From positions 361,275 through 425,274 of the forward strand of contig NMRA01000074.1 in NCBI GenBank assembly GCA_002633005.1: DNA of 64,000 nucleotides. Reading direction: 5' to 3'. Shown here one piece after another: positions 63,401 through 64,000 of the stretch. The number at the start of each line of letters is the position of its first letter. Position 1 is the stretch's first letter. Position numbers and translations under genes: made by a program. The notes under the pieces were generated by a model, which saw only the letters and a list, made by a program, of their open reading frames with translations, searched no databases and was not told the origin of the DNA. Source of the stretch: Phoronis australis. Taxonomy: Eukaryota; Animalia; Phoronida.

Positions 63401-64000
63401 TCAGGCTCGTTTTAAAGGTCTTGTCCTATGAGAGTTGGCTCATGTTTTGGAGATGGATGCATCGTAGACAATACTTTTCTTGAGGCCCTAACTTCGTGTG
63501 TTATTTCGACAAATTTAAACAGTAAGGTTTTAGTACAAACGCTAGTTTCGATGGCTTTTCGCTTGAAACTTATTCAATCAGTGGTGACCCACGTGATCTT
63601 GCTGGATACTTAGACGTGTAGAAGCTTCAGAAACAACACAAGGCGGCGGGCTGACATGGGTTGTGTGCAAACACTTATATGGCTGTTTTCATATGGTTCT
63701 AGCACTAGTGTGTTTGTATGGTGTGTTTGTTTCTATAAAGAAGGGCTGGTTGCCTAATTTCACTGAATTAATTACCACTAATGCTCAAACATTTGAGTGA
63801 TGATGGGCAATCCTTTATAACACAATGCGGACTCGAGTCACAGGCAATGCGCACATGCACCATTTTCGATTTTGCAGGTTTAGGATTGGTCAACCTCAGC
63901 ATACTCTGAAATCTTTTTTTGTGCGGCTGATGTAGTGGTGGGAATGTTGCAATAACGTGACATAAAACCGGCGACGAGAAATTGGATTTACACACATTGG

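Overview
AT-rich, intron-rich genomic DNA from an animal, most likely an invertebrate. The provided ORF track is mostly spurious because the real genes are spliced. Assembling exons by hand at GT-AG boundaries gives six host genes. SMIM7 (+) lacks its first exon in this window. SREK1IP1 (-) sits head-to-head with intronless MIS12 (+), only ~150 bp ATG-to-ATG. KLHL18 (+, 11 coding exons, ~575 aa) converges on a Lifeguard/TMBIM gene (-, 12 small exons, ~277 aa) whose protein is almost absent from the ORF track. The sixth is an intronless melatonin-receptor-like class A GPCR (-). Repeats fill the introns and intergenic DNA: a deleted Kolobok transposon that keeps its THAP start and a convergent KolX-like first exon, a Helentron-type non-autonomous element carrying a cluster of CTCF-like motifs, decayed Tx1/L1 and CR1 LINEs, an IS3EU-like transposase fragment, and several MITE families. 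There is also a nearly perfect 37-bp tandem array, which is not CRISPR because it has no spacers. I found no unambiguous new multi-gene system. The most interesting leads are regulatory or TE-related and are flagged as inference. All homology calls come from recalled family motifs, not database searches.
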